Assembly (NCBI RefSeq): GCF_022701215.1
Contig: NZ_CP089976.1
Span: forward strand, 1,800,001 to 1,832,000
Length of the DNA stretch: 32,000 nt
Origin: Moraxella nasovis
GTDB lineage: Bacteria; Pseudomonadota; Gammaproteobacteria; Pseudomonadales; Moraxellaceae
Direction of reading: 5' to 3'
Shown: positions 1-9,072 of the stretch, piece by piece
Position numbering within the stretch: the first letter of the stretch is position 1
Layout: every line of letters starts with the position of its first letter
Translations under genes and position numbers: made by a program
The notes under the pieces: generated by a model
Database searches by the model: none
Told to the model about the DNA's origin: nothing
The model's input: the letters and a program-made list of their open reading frames with translations, nothing else

Positions 1-2
1 AT

Positions 3-545
3 GAAAGTAGCATTTATGAAAATGTTCCTGCGACTGGTAAAGAATCAAGCAGCAAGTTTGGCGTAAAACTACCACCATCTTATAACCTAGATTTTCAAAC
101 AGGGGTAAATCCAACCACGCTACTTAGTGCAAAAGTACGCTATGTACCGTGGAGTGATTTTGAGATTCGTCCACCAGCTTATGGGGCGGTAACTGAGCGT
201 GTGGCAGGTAAGCCATTACCTATTGTCAGCTACGCTAAAGATCAATGGTCAGTTGATGTATCTTTGGGTAAAAGATTGGCACCAAAATTGGCGGTATCAG
301 CAGGCATAGGCTATGACAGCGGTGCAGGTAAGATGGCAACGACACTAGGGCCGATTAACGGATATTATAGTGCTTCGCTTGGGGCAAAATATGACGTGAC
401 CAAAAACTGGTCGGTGTCTGTGGGCGGTAAATACTTGAAATTTGGCGATGCGACAGCAACACTGCCAACGGGTCAAGTCGCTGGTCACTTTAAAAATAAT
501 GACGGCTTTGCCGCTGGTCTAAAACTTGCTTACCAAGCAAAATAA
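3..545 (+). CDS. Outer-membrane beta-barrel protein, FadL/OmpP1-like family; C-terminal part only, 5' end outside window
   Basis: Frame 3 is open from the window edge to the TAA at 543-545. It shows an alternating hydrophobic/Gly-rich beta-strand pattern (VRYVPWSDFEIRP, WSVSVGGKYLKF, AAGLKLAYQ) typical of FadL-type barrels. A hairpin terminator follows. Confidence 0.5.
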   Translation, partial: ESSIYENVPATGKESSSKFGVKLPPSYNLDFQTGVNPTTLLSAKVRYVPWSDFEIRPPAYGAVTERVAGKPLPIVSYAKDQWSVDVSLGKRLAPKLAVSAGIGYDSGAGKMATTLGPINGYYSASLGAKYDVTKNWSVSVGGKYLKFGDATATLPTGQVAGHFKNNDGFAAGLKLAYQAK

Positions 546-582
546 ATCTAAGCTGTATTACATAAATTAACCGTTAATTAAA

Positions 583-612
583 AAAGCCAAAGCAGAAGTT
601 TTGGCTTTTTTT
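583..612 (+). terminator. Rho-independent terminator after the OMP gene
   Basis: gccaaa (586-591) pairs with tttggc (600-605) across an 8-nt loop, followed by a T-run at 606-612. Confidence 0.75.
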
Positions 613-904
613 GTTTTTCTTATCAAATTTATCAAGATTACCAAATTTACCAAATTTATTTATTGAGCTACCTAAGCCATTAGATAAGGGTAGGTAATTA
701 TTAAAGTGATTTATTAAGCCTAAGTATTTATGTATAGGCGTGAATTTGACGATTGGGATTGATGGTTTTTTAATGTTTGCTAGCTATCATTAATCATTAG
801 CACCTATTACCACCCACCATTAGCCATCGCAATTTTTGATAAAATCTGTTATGATAAGTTGTTATTTTAATTTTAATATCACTTAAAAACCATTTAGATT
901 GCTT

Positions 905-1603
905 ATGAAAATTCTACCAGAACAGCCGTTTTTAATCGCACCATCTATTTTGTCCGCCAATTTTGCACGCTTGGGCGATGACACGCAGGCGGTACTTGAC
1001 GCAGGGGCAGATGTCGTGCATTTTGATGTCATGGATAATCATTATGTGCCAAATTTGACCTTTGGGGCGATGGTGTGCCGTGCCTTAAAAGATTATGGTA
1101 TCAAAGCCCCCATTGATGTGCATTTGATGGTAAAGCCTGTGGATACAATGATTGAAGCATTTATCAAGGCAGGGGCGGACATCATCACGTTTCACCCAGA
1201 GGCCAGCGAGCATATTGACCGCAGTTTACAGCTCATCAAAGATGCTGGGGTAAAATGCGGATTGGTATTTAATCCTGCCACGCCCCTGCATTATTTGGAT
1301 CATACTATTGATAAGCTAGACCAAATTCTTATTATGAGCGTAAACCCCGGATTTGGCGGTCAAACATTCATTGATGGTACGCTAGATAAGGTGCGTACAG
1401 CTCGGCGTATGATTGATGAGCGGGGTTTGGACATTCGCTTGGAGATTGATGGTGGGGTTAATCCACAAAATATCGGCAGTATTGCAGAAGCTGGCGTGGA
1501 TATGTTTGTGGCAGGTTCGGCGATTTTTAGTCAGCCTGATTATAAGACAGTCATTGATGCCATGCGTAATGAGTTACAAAAAGTCCATGCGGTGTCGGTG
1601 TGA
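905..1603 (+). CDS. rpe: Ribulose-phosphate 3-epimerase
   Basis: Near-colinear with enterobacterial Rpe ([49 protein letters not shown]). The ATG at 905 is preferred over the TTG at 899. Confidence 0.95.
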   Translation: MKILPEQPFLIAPSILSANFARLGDDTQAVLDAGADVVHFDVMDNHYVPNLTFGAMVCRALKDYGIKAPIDVHLMVKPVDTMIEAFIKAGADIITFHPEASEHIDRSLQLIKDAGVKCGLVFNPATPLHYLDHTIDKLDQILIMSVNPGFGGQTFIDGTLDKVRTARRMIDERGLDIRLEIDGGVNPQNIGSIAEAGVDMFVAGSAIFSQPDYKTVIDAMRNELQKVHAVSV

Positions 1604-1926
1604 TGCATAACATTTCACCAAAAAACCAAGCCAATACCAAGCTTGTACCGCTTGGGATAACGGTGGGTCTTGCGATATTTGCCTTTGCATTAGCAGTTGC
1701 AGGCTACGGCTTTCGTCTGTTAGCAGGTGATGAGCTTGGTGCTGTTATTCGCCATGCCCTTGTTGTTGTGTCATTTTTTATGATTGTAATCCCTGCTTTG
1801 TTTGTGGGGGGTGCAAAGCTGCTAAACAAGTTTAGTGGGACTCAGATTCAGACGAGAAACGCAGTAACACTTGGCTATCTTATGGCTTGTGTGATGATTT
1901 TAACCATTATGGGGCGATACAGCTGA
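1603..1926 (+). CDS. Small predicted integral membrane protein (about 107 aa, about 3 TM segments), function unknown
   Basis: Its ATG overlaps the rpe stop (TGATG at 1601-1605). It contains long hydrophobic stretches (LGITVGLAIFAFALAVAGY, LVVVSFFMIVIPALFVGG, LGYLMACVMILTIM). Confidence 0.55.
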   Translation: MHNISPKNQANTKLVPLGITVGLAIFAFALAVAGYGFRLLAGDELGAVIRHALVVVSFFMIVIPALFVGGAKLLNKFSGTQIQTRNAVTLGYLMACVMILTIMGRYS

Positions 1927-2240
1927 TGGCGGTTTTAGATATTTTGCCAGATTGCTGGGTGCCAAAAGATGTACCTAAGGGCTTGATTTTATCACTTATC
2001 GCCATAATTATGTTAATAGGGCTATCAAGCTATCGTTATGGCGAGGGTGATGCGTGGCAGGGCGTGTTGCATGTGCTTGAGAACTGGGTGTTTTATCTGA
2101 TTTTAATGCCTAGCTTGACCGCAGTAATCAGTTCGCCGATCAAATATCGAGATGAAAGTTTTGATTTGAAGATGGCTTACTATTTGGGTATGTTTGTGGG
2201 TTTGCTGTTCATGTTAGCCAAGCTAAGATATTGGCGGTGA
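1926..2240 (+). CDS. Small predicted integral membrane protein (about 104 aa, about 3 TM segments), function unknown
   Basis: The ATG at 1926 overlaps the stop of the preceding ORF (TGATG at 1924-1928). Size and hydropathy layout are similar to the preceding ORF. Confidence 0.55.
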   Translation: MAVLDILPDCWVPKDVPKGLILSLIAIIMLIGLSSYRYGEGDAWQGVLHVLENWVFYLILMPSLTAVISSPIKYRDESFDLKMAYYLGMFVGLLFMLAKLRYWR

Positions 2241-2296
2241 TGGAGTGACATGGGTCATTAGCATATCTAAGAATGATCAATAAAAAAGGTAGATGA

Positions 2297-2818
2297 ATGC
2301 AAAATATCAAAAAATTATCCAAGAATTTTAGCAAATTATTAGACCAACAAAACCTAAGTACTAAAGAATTATCAACACTCATTGATGTGCCACAAAGCAC
2401 ACTCACGCGTTTAATCAATGGCACAATCAAAAATCCTAATCAGACAGTTTTAATAAAAATTGCTCAATTTTTTGGGGTGGCTGTTACTGAGCTGACGGGT
2501 GAGCTAAACGCTGATATGACAAGCTCGCAAGCACAAGAATATTTGTCTGATGATGATTTTATGCAGATGAGTGTGCAAGAAGTCATGCTAGAGCTGATCC
2601 AAGATGATGAGGGCAGGTTAGTGCTGCGTGAGTCAAAGAATCATGATGAGGTCTTAGTTTGTATTGATTTTTCAGAAAAAGTTAAATCACTACTGGCAGG
2701 AGATGTGCGTATCATCGGCGAGCATATGATTCAAGCAGCGTTAGCATCAGTTATGCAGCAGCAAATAAACCGCTATCACGCTCACATCCACGATGAAGAG
2801 CCTGAGCGATACAGCTGA
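2297..2818 (+). CDS. XRE-family helix-turn-helix protein with an uncharacterised acidic C-terminal domain
   Basis: The N-terminus LLDQQNLSTKELSTLIDVPQSTLTRLINGTIKNPNQTVLIKIAQFFGVAVTEL fits the HTH_XRE pattern. An AAGGTAG ribosome-binding site lies upstream. I recognise nothing in the C-terminal about 100 aa. Confidence 0.7.
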   Translation: MQNIKKLSKNFSKLLDQQNLSTKELSTLIDVPQSTLTRLINGTIKNPNQTVLIKIAQFFGVAVTELTGELNADMTSSQAQEYLSDDDFMQMSVQEVMLELIQDDEGRLVLRESKNHDEVLVCIDFSEKVKSLLAGDVRIIGEHMIQAALASVMQQQINRYHAHIHDEEPERYS

Positions 2819-2876
2819 TTAAATCGCCAAAATAGTCTAATAAACATAAAAATAATTATCTAATAAACATAAAAAT

Positions 2877-2899
2877 GGGTGCAGTATCGCACCCATTTT
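2877..2899. terminator. Bidirectional hairpin terminator between the convergent XRE gene and putA
   Basis: gggtgc (2877-2882) pairs with gcaccc (2889-2894). It is flanked by an A-run upstream and a T-run downstream. Confidence 0.75.
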
Positions 2900-2916
2900 T
2901 ATTAGCCTAAATATGG

Positions 2917-5900
2917 CTAAGCAGATGCCATCAAGCTTGCATTGCCACCAGCGGCAGTGGTGTTATGACTGCAACTGACTTCGTGGTATAAGCGTGCCAT
3001 ATCTAGTCCTTTTGTTGCATCGATAACTTTACGAATCGCACCATCTAAGTGTGCAAGTCTCACCTTTTCTTCTGACGGTAGAGCATCTAAAGCGATGATA
3101 ATATCATGTTCATCGGCAGCCGTCTGTGATGAGACTTGCAAAACTTTTGGTAAATGCTTTGCCCATGCTGACAAACTATGATCTTCGGTGATATGAACCT
3201 TAATACCATTTGCTGCAAGTACTGCCAATGCTTTAGCTGCACTGACTTGGTCGCCACCATATAGTCTAACTGCTGCTGGCGTGTGCCATATTAAGGTGTT
3301 AGTCTCTCCAGTAGGGCCACTTAGCACCGAGGTGGCTTGATTTAGCGATGTTTGGCGTGCTTGTGTTGCAGCTTCTTGGATCTGGCGTATGTCATTTGCA
3401 CCAATGTTCATCTTATTGGCAGTGGCCAAAACAGATTCTAAAGCATCATCATGAATGTTAGCATCGCTTGCTATCGGTAGATTCCAGTTATCTAGGCGAC
3501 TTAAGCGTTGAAGATAAAAAGGACCGCCTGCTTTAGGGCCTGTGCCACTCATCGCATGACCACCAAATGGCTGTACACCGACCACCGCACCTACGATATT
3601 GCGATTAATGTAGATGTTTCCTGCTTCAATGCGATTACAGATATGCTCAATCGTGCCATCAATACGGCTGTGAATGCCATGCGTTAAGGCATAACCCTTA
3701 GCGTTAATGTGATCAATCAATATATCTAACTCATGTGCCTTAAATCGTACGACATGCAATACAGGGCCAAAGACTTCTTTTTTAAGCTGTGATAAGTCTT
3801 CTAGCTCAAATAAAATAGGTGCAACAAAAGTGCTATCGCTTGCTTGAGATTTTATGGTAATCTCATGATAAGGGGCGATTTGTTTGAGTGCATTGATGTG
3901 ATTAAGTAAGTTTTCTTGGGCTTCTTGATCAATAACAGGACCTACGTCGGTTGAGAGTTTGGCAGGGTTATCCACTACCAGCTCATCCATCGCCCCTTTA
4001 ATCATCTCAATCATATGGTCAGCAACGTCTTCTTGCACGCATAAAATGCGTAATGCTGAGCAGCGTTGTCCAGCAGAGTCAAAGGCTGAGGCAAGCACGT
4101 CGGTACATACTTGTTCGGCTAAGGCGGTACTATCAACGATCATCGCATTCATACCACCTGTTTCGGCGATTAGTACAGGATTATCATTTCGCTGTGCCAG
4201 TAGGGTATTAATGCGTTTGGCGACATCGGTTGAGCCTGTAAATATCACGCCATCGATATTTGTGTTGGAAGTAAGGGCAGAACCAACGTCACCTGCACCC
4301 AGTACCAGCTGAAGTACGTCGGTCGGTACGCCACATTCATGAAGCCAAGATACCGCTATGTGAGCAATGATGCTTGTTTGTTCGGCAGGTTTTGCAACTA
4401 CTGTATTACCTGATGCTAAAGCTGATACCACTTCACCGACGAAAATCGCTAATGGGAAGTTCCAAGGACTAATGGCGACCACCGTCCCAAGTGGGCTTGA
4501 TAGCCGTAAACGCTCAGTTTCATCAGCATAATAACGACAAAAATCCACCGCTTCACGCACTTCACTGATGGCATTTGGCAGTGTTTTACCTGCTTCACGC
4601 ACCGCAATCGCCATAAGTAGTGCCATGCCACGAGGAGATTCCATAAGCTCTGCAAATGCCCGCAAAATAGCCGCACGGTGTTCTGGAGTAGTCTGTTGCC
4701 ACGCTGATTGGGCTTGGATGGCAGTAGCGATTACGCCATCAACTTCGCTAGGCTCAATAAAGGCAACTTTACCTACGATATCGCTGTGATCGGCAGGATT
4801 AATCACCTCATGGCTGTCGGTATGAGCAGCTGGTATGTGCGTGATGGAGGTGATGTCAAATGGAATGTGGCTTGCTGCAGTCATATTCTGCTCAAGCTCA
4901 TAAAGGACGTGTTCGTTTGATAAATCAAAGCCATATGAATTTAGGCGATTATCTGCATAAATGTGGCGTGGCTTTGGTGTCAGTGGATTTGGAGTGATGT
5001 GATTAAGATCAATCTCATCAATGGGTGAAACGGTCAGCTCGTCAATGCTGACATTCTCATCTACAATGCGATTTACAAAAGAAGAGTTTGCCCCATTTTC
5101 TAATAATCGGCGAACCAGATACGCAAGTAAGGTCTTATGCGTTCCGACAGGTGCATAGATACGTACACGACGCCCTAAATTTTTCTCGCCAACAACTTGA
5201 TCATAGAGTGTCTCGCCCATGCCATGCAGACACTGAAATTCATAATCGTAGTCTTTACCCATCTCATAGATGGTGGCTAGGCTTTGGGCGTTATGCGTGG
5301 CAAATTGTGGGAAAATGACATCTTGGGCGGCAAGCAGTTTTTTGGCACATGCCAAATAAGAGATGTCGGTATGTACTTTACGAGTATAGACAGGATAACC
5401 GTCCATGCCATCGACTTGGGCCCATTTAATCTCACTATCCCAATAAGCACCTTTAACAAGGCGAATCATCAGCTTTTGGTTATGTTGGCGTGCCAAATCC
5501 ACCAGATAATCAATCACATAGGGACAGCGTTTTTGGTAGGCTTGAACCACAAAACCAATGCCATGAAACCCTGCTAAGTCAGGATCTGAGACTAAAGCTT
5601 GCATTAAGTCTAAAGACAGCTCCAAGCGGTTTGCTTCTTCAGCGTCAATATTTAGTCCAATGTTATATTCTTTGGCAAGTATAAAAAGAGCTTTTAGACG
5701 TGGCAAAAGCTCAGTCATGACACGTTCGTGCTGTGCTCTAAAATAACGTGGGTGAATGGCAGACAGCTTAACTGAGATGCCATTACTGTCATAGACGTCA
5801 CGATTGCCTGAGTCTTTACCGATGGCATGAATGGCGGTGACATAATCATTGTAATAACGATCGGCATCTTCGCTAGTCATAGCAGCTTCGCCAAGCATAT

Positions 5901-6504
5901 CAAAGCTAAAGCGATAGCCAAGTTTTTCACGCTCTTTACCGTTTTTTAGAGCTTCTTCGATGGTCTGTCCAGTAACGAACTGTTTGCCAAGCATCTTCAT
6001 GGCATAATTAACACCGCCACGGATGAACGGCTCACCGCCTTTTTGGATAACACGAGATAAGGCAGACGATAGACTTTTCTCAGTGGTAGGCTGAGACAGC
6101 TTGCCAGTTAGCAGCAATCCCCAAGCAGCTGCATTTACGAATAATGATGGGCTATGATTTAAGTGGCTTTTCCAGTCGCCACCTGCCATTTTATCCTTAA
6201 TAAGCTTATCGCGTGTGGCATTATCTGGGATACGAAGTAGGGCTTCAGCAAGGCACATTAAAGCAATGCCTTCTTCGCTAGAAAGCGAAAATTCATGCAT
6301 GAGTGCATCGACGCCAGATGACTTGCTGCGATCATTACGCACCTGAGTGATGAGCTCTTTGGCAAGATTTTCAATGGCGGTTTTTTCAGCTGAGCTAAAG
6401 TTTAGCGTGCCTGCTAGGTTTCGGACAGCGACAGCTTCATCTAAGCGATAGGCATCGGTAATGGCAGCACGCAAGGTGCTTTGGGGGTGAGAAAAATTAA
6501 ACAT
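2917..6504 (-). CDS. putA: Bifunctional proline dehydrogenase / L-glutamate-gamma-semialdehyde (P5C) dehydrogenase
   Basis: Has an about 1195-aa PutA architecture. The N-terminal arm/PRODH region includes EFSLSSEEGIALMCLAEALLRIPD. The aldehyde dehydrogenase domain includes ISPWNFPLAIF, ETGGMNAMIVD and GQRCSALR. Start set at the ATG at 6504 (MFNFSHPQ) rather than the longer ORF-track start. Confidence 0.95.
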   Translation of the reverse strand: MFNFSHPQSTLRAAITDAYRLDEAVAVRNLAGTLNFSSAEKTAIENLAKELITQVRNDRSKSSGVDALMHEFSLSSEEGIALMCLAEALLRIPDNATRDKLIKDKMAGGDWKSHLNHSPSLFVNAAAWGLLLTGKLSQPTTEKSLSSALSRVIQKGGEPFIRGGVNYAMKMLGKQFVTGQTIEEALKNGKEREKLGYRFSFDMLGEAAMTSEDADRYYNDYVTAIHAIGKDSGNRDVYDSNGISVKLSAIHPRYFRAQHERVMTELLPRLKALFILAKEYNIGLNIDAEEANRLELSLDLMQALVSDPDLAGFHGIGFVVQAYQKRCPYVIDYLVDLARQHNQKLMIRLVKGAYWDSEIKWAQVDGMDGYPVYTRKVHTDISYLACAKKLLAAQDVIFPQFATHNAQSLATIYEMGKDYDYEFQCLHGMGETLYDQVVGEKNLGRRVRIYAPVGTHKTLLAYLVRRLLENGANSSFVNRIVDENVSIDELTVSPIDEIDLNHITPNPLTPKPRHIYADNRLNSYGFDLSNEHVLYELEQNMTAASHIPFDITSITHIPAAHTDSHEVINPADHSDIVGKVAFIEPSEVDGVIATAIQAQSAWQQTTPEHRAAILRAFAELMESPRGMALLMAIAVREAGKTLPNAISEVREAVDFCRYYADETERLRLSSPLGTVVAISPWNFPLAIFVGEVVSALASGNTVVAKPAEQTSIIAHIAVSWLHECGVPTDVLQLVLGAGDVGSALTSNTNIDGVIFTGSTDVAKRINTLLAQRNDNPVLIAETGGMNAMIVDSTALAEQVCTDVLASAFDSAGQRCSALRILCVQEDVADHMIEMIKGAMDELVVDNPAKLSTDVGPVIDQEAQENLLNHINALKQIAPYHEITIKSQASDSTFVAPILFELEDLSQLKKEVFGPVLHVVRFKAHELDILIDHINAKGYALTHGIHSRIDGTIEHICNRIEAGNIYINRNIVGAVVGVQPFGGHAMSGTGPKAGGPFYLQRLSRLDNWNLPIASDANIHDDALESVLATANKMNIGANDIRQIQEAATQARQTSLNQATSVLSGPTGETNTLIWHTPAAVRLYGGDQVSAAKALAVLAANGIKVHITEDHSLSAWAKHLPKVLQVSSQTAADEHDIIIALDALPSEEKVRLAHLDGAIRKVIDATKGLDMARLYHEVSCSHNTTAAGGNASLMASA

Positions 6505-6644
6505 GGCAATCCTATTTAGACAGTGCGTCAAAATATATGACAACGAAAAATACAACGGATATTATATCACTGTATGAATACAAAACCAATGCGTTCGTGT
6601 CGTAATGTAGCAATAAATACTTAACGAGTATTGGGCAGTCGCCT

Positions 6645-6672
6645 AAAACAAAAGCACGCAAAACGTGCTTTT
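6645..6672 (-). terminator. Hairpin terminator downstream of the L,D-transpeptidase gene
   Basis: agcacg (6653-6658) pairs with cgtgct (6664-6669). On the minus strand it is followed by TTTTGTTTT. Confidence 0.65.
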
Positions 6673-6690
6673 AATCGTAAGACTATGGAT

Positions 6691-7794
6691 TTACTTAATC
6701 TCAACGGTAGCTCCGTTTTTGATATTAGCGTGCACTTCTAAGACGTCCCAGTTGGTTAGGCGAATACAACCAAGCGATTGCTGGCGGCTGATGCCTTCTG
6801 GAATGGGCGAGCCATGAATACCATAGCTTGGCTTATTTAATCCCATCCAAACCACGCCGACAGGGCTATTCGGTCCGGGCGGTAAGATGAAAGTTTTTTT
6901 ATCTTCGCTGTCACGATTAACGGTCGCTTTATATTCTGGCATTTTTACCTTATTAATGACTTTAAACGTACCACTTGGGGTTGCGGTTGCGATACTGCCA
7001 ATGGTTGTAGGATAAGCGGCGACTAATTTTAAGCCATTATAGGCGTATAAAATCTTATCTTCTCTATCGGCAACCACACGAGTAATCGTCTGCTTAAGTG
7101 GTGAGCCTGTGTTAATAACTGTAATGGTTTCGCCTGCCTTAAATTGCTTATTGGCATTGAGTTTTTTAAGGTATTTTACATCCATATGAAAGCGTTCGCC
7201 TAGCATTTCTTGCACGTTTTCATAACTGAGTGCTTTAAGCTTAGACTTAGACTCAGCATCGTTTGGCAATGCCTTATAAGGACCTTTCACATCGTCTGCA
7301 GTTAGTGTATAAGAGACTAATACAGGCTGATCGGCAGGAATTTCTTTGTTTAATTCATGCCATGTGGCGGCATTCATCTTGCCCGTTTCGTCAAGCCCGC
7401 GGATTCGCTGAAAGTTAATCAAAGCTTTTTTGCTGTTCATGCCCCAGCCACCATCAATAGGACCTGGAGAAGCGTGATTCCAGTCAAGTAGTACTTGGAT
7501 TTTAACTGTCATGGCGGTATTGACTTTCATGTCTTTTGACCACTCAGCTTCGTTTACTGCTTGGGCATACTGCGATAGGTTTAAGGTTGAGTAGCGTTTC
7601 CCATCTTTTTCGATGCTGTCAATGGTGGTGTTGTCTGTGATAGCGTTTTCATCAGTAATTTGTACTTCGCCATCTACAATATCGCCATCTGTCATGATGG
7701 CAGCTTGCGTATTGGCATAAGCTGTCACAGATAAGGCGGTAAATAGGGTGATGGCAAGTGATTTTCGTAAGGTTTTTTGGGTAAGATAGTGCAT
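6691..7794 (-). CDS. Secreted L,D-transpeptidase (YkuD domain) with a peptidoglycan-binding domain
   Basis: Has an N-terminal signal-like segment (LAITLFTALSVTAYA) and a PG_binding-like segment (VKIQVLLDWNHASPGPIDGGWGMNSKKALINFQ). The YkuD catalytic region is YGIHGSP...SLGCIRLTNWD. Confidence 0.85.
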   Translation of the reverse strand: MHYLTQKTLRKSLAITLFTALSVTAYANTQAAIMTDGDIVDGEVQITDENAITDNTTIDSIEKDGKRYSTLNLSQYAQAVNEAEWSKDMKVNTAMTVKIQVLLDWNHASPGPIDGGWGMNSKKALINFQRIRGLDETGKMNAATWHELNKEIPADQPVLVSYTLTADDVKGPYKALPNDAESKSKLKALSYENVQEMLGERFHMDVKYLKKLNANKQFKAGETITVINTGSPLKQTITRVVADREDKILYAYNGLKLVAAYPTTIGSIATATPSGTFKVINKVKMPEYKATVNRDSEDKKTFILPPGPNSPVGVVWMGLNKPSYGIHGSPIPEGISRQQSLGCIRLTNWDVLEVHANIKNGATVEIK

Positions 7795-7925
7795 AAATTC
7801 ACCGTAATAACTAAGGATTTACATTCACAACATGGCACAAGTGATATGCTAAGCAGGTTAATAAACGCCTGCTTGCTTTTGTATTATAAGATGGTTCGTG
7901 CAGGCGTTAGTATACATGGCTAAGG

Positions 7926-8843
7926 TTATGATTTGATTTTATCTTTTAATAAAAATTCCATCAAGGCTTTTTGGGCGTGCAGACGATTCTCAGCTTCATC
8001 CCATACTACTGCACGTGGATCATCTAGTAGATCATGACTAATCTCTTCGCCACGATGGGCAGGTAAGCAGTGCATAAACAGCACGTCTTTATTTGCTAAA
8101 TCTAGCAGTTGTGGGGTTACCTGGAAATCTGCAAAGTCTTTTTCACGCTGCTTTTGCTCTTGTTCTTGGCCCATGCTTACCCAGACGTCAGTGACAATCA
8201 AATGGGCGTCTTTTACGGCTTGTTTGGGATTGTCAATGAGTGTTACGCAGTGGCTATATTGCTCAGTAAGACGACTATCAGGCTTATAGCCATCAGGGGC
8301 ACAAACCACCAAATTAAAGCCAAATTGATGGGCGGCAATGATATATGAGTTACACATATTATTGCCATCACCAATCCACACGACGGTCTTGCCTTGGATA
8401 TCACCACGATGCTCAAAGAAAGTCTGCATATCTGCAAGCAGCTGGCATGGGTGGTAGTCGTCTGTTAGAGCATTAATCACAGGCACGTTTGAGTATTTTG
8501 CAAAAGTTTCTACTTTTTGGTGTGCAAAGGTGCGAATCATGACGATGTCTGTCATACTACTGATTACTCTAGCACTGTCTTCAATCGGTTCGCCACGCCC
8601 AAGCTGAGTATCATTTGGCGATAAAAATAACGCCTGACCGCCAAACTGTCCCATGCCAGTTTCAAAGGATACACGGGTACGAGTGCTTGACTTTTCAAAA
8701 ATCATGGCTAAAGTGCGACCCACAAAAGGGCGATAAATCTCGCCACGGTGCTGCATACTCTTAAGCTCAGTGGCACGCTCGATTAGGAATTTTAATTCTT
8801 CTTGACTTAAATCTAATAAGGTTAGGAAATGACGAACACTCAT
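7926..8843 (-). CDS. argF: Ornithine carbamoyltransferase
   Basis: Carries the STRTR carbamoyl-phosphate motif ([10 protein letters not shown]), DDYHPCQ, and [10 protein letters not shown], over about 305 aa. Confidence 0.93.
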   Translation of the reverse strand: MSVRHFLTLLDLSQEELKFLIERATELKSMQHRGEIYRPFVGRTLAMIFEKSSTRTRVSFETGMGQFGGQALFLSPNDTQLGRGEPIEDSARVISSMTDIVMIRTFAHQKVETFAKYSNVPVINALTDDYHPCQLLADMQTFFEHRGDIQGKTVVWIGDGNNMCNSYIIAAHQFGFNLVVCAPDGYKPDSRLTEQYSHCVTLIDNPKQAVKDAHLIVTDVWVSMGQEQEQKQREKDFADFQVTPQLLDLANKDVLFMHCLPAHRGEEISHDLLDDPRAVVWDEAENRLHAQKALMEFLLKDKIKS

Positions 8844-8967
8844 GGTGATTCCTTTTTTTAAGATAATAAGTTTAAGTATAGCACTTGTTACGGGTGTTGG
8901 CTAGAGCGTATTTTTTAATCCAAACCAACTGTGTTTTCGGTCTAAAATGGCTAAATTTATAAATTTA

Positions 8968-9012
8968 AGGTAAATTGCTTGATAATATTTTATGTCATAA
9001 AGCAATTTACCT
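8968..9012. repeat. Perfect 13-bp inverted repeat (stem-loop) downstream of alr; possible alr terminator or regulatory structure
   Basis: aggtaaattgctt (8968-8980) is the exact reverse complement of aagcaatttacct (9000-9012), with a 19-nt AT-rich loop. Confidence 0.5.
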
Positions 9013-9072
9013 ATTTTGTTGGTGATTTGTCTTATTTTTAGCCATATTTTTAAATTAACGATGCACTTTAGG

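Noticed and set aside
2836-2876. 18-nt direct repeat tctaataaacataaaaat (2836-2853 and 2859-2876) just before the putA/XRE terminator.
   Set aside because: It is a short AT-rich tandem duplication in a 3' intergenic region, with no coding or structural role evident. It is most likely a slippage duplication.
3959-5684. Several 60-117 aa ORFs on both strands inside putA (for example 3959-4312+, 4449-4676-, 4568-4789+, 5284-5577+).
   Set aside because: They lie entirely within, and mostly antisense to, a very well supported 1195-aa PutA coding frame. Their composition is low-complexity or shadow-frame and they have no recognisable motifs.
7851-7908. Overlapping inverted repeats aagcagg/cctgctt (7851-7874) and aacgcctgc/gcaggcgtt (7864-7908) between the L,D-transpeptidase and argF genes.
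   Set aside because: They may be the argF terminator. However, on the minus strand the stems are not followed by a clear U-tract and the larger stem has a 27-nt loop. That is too ambiguous to annotate as a feature.
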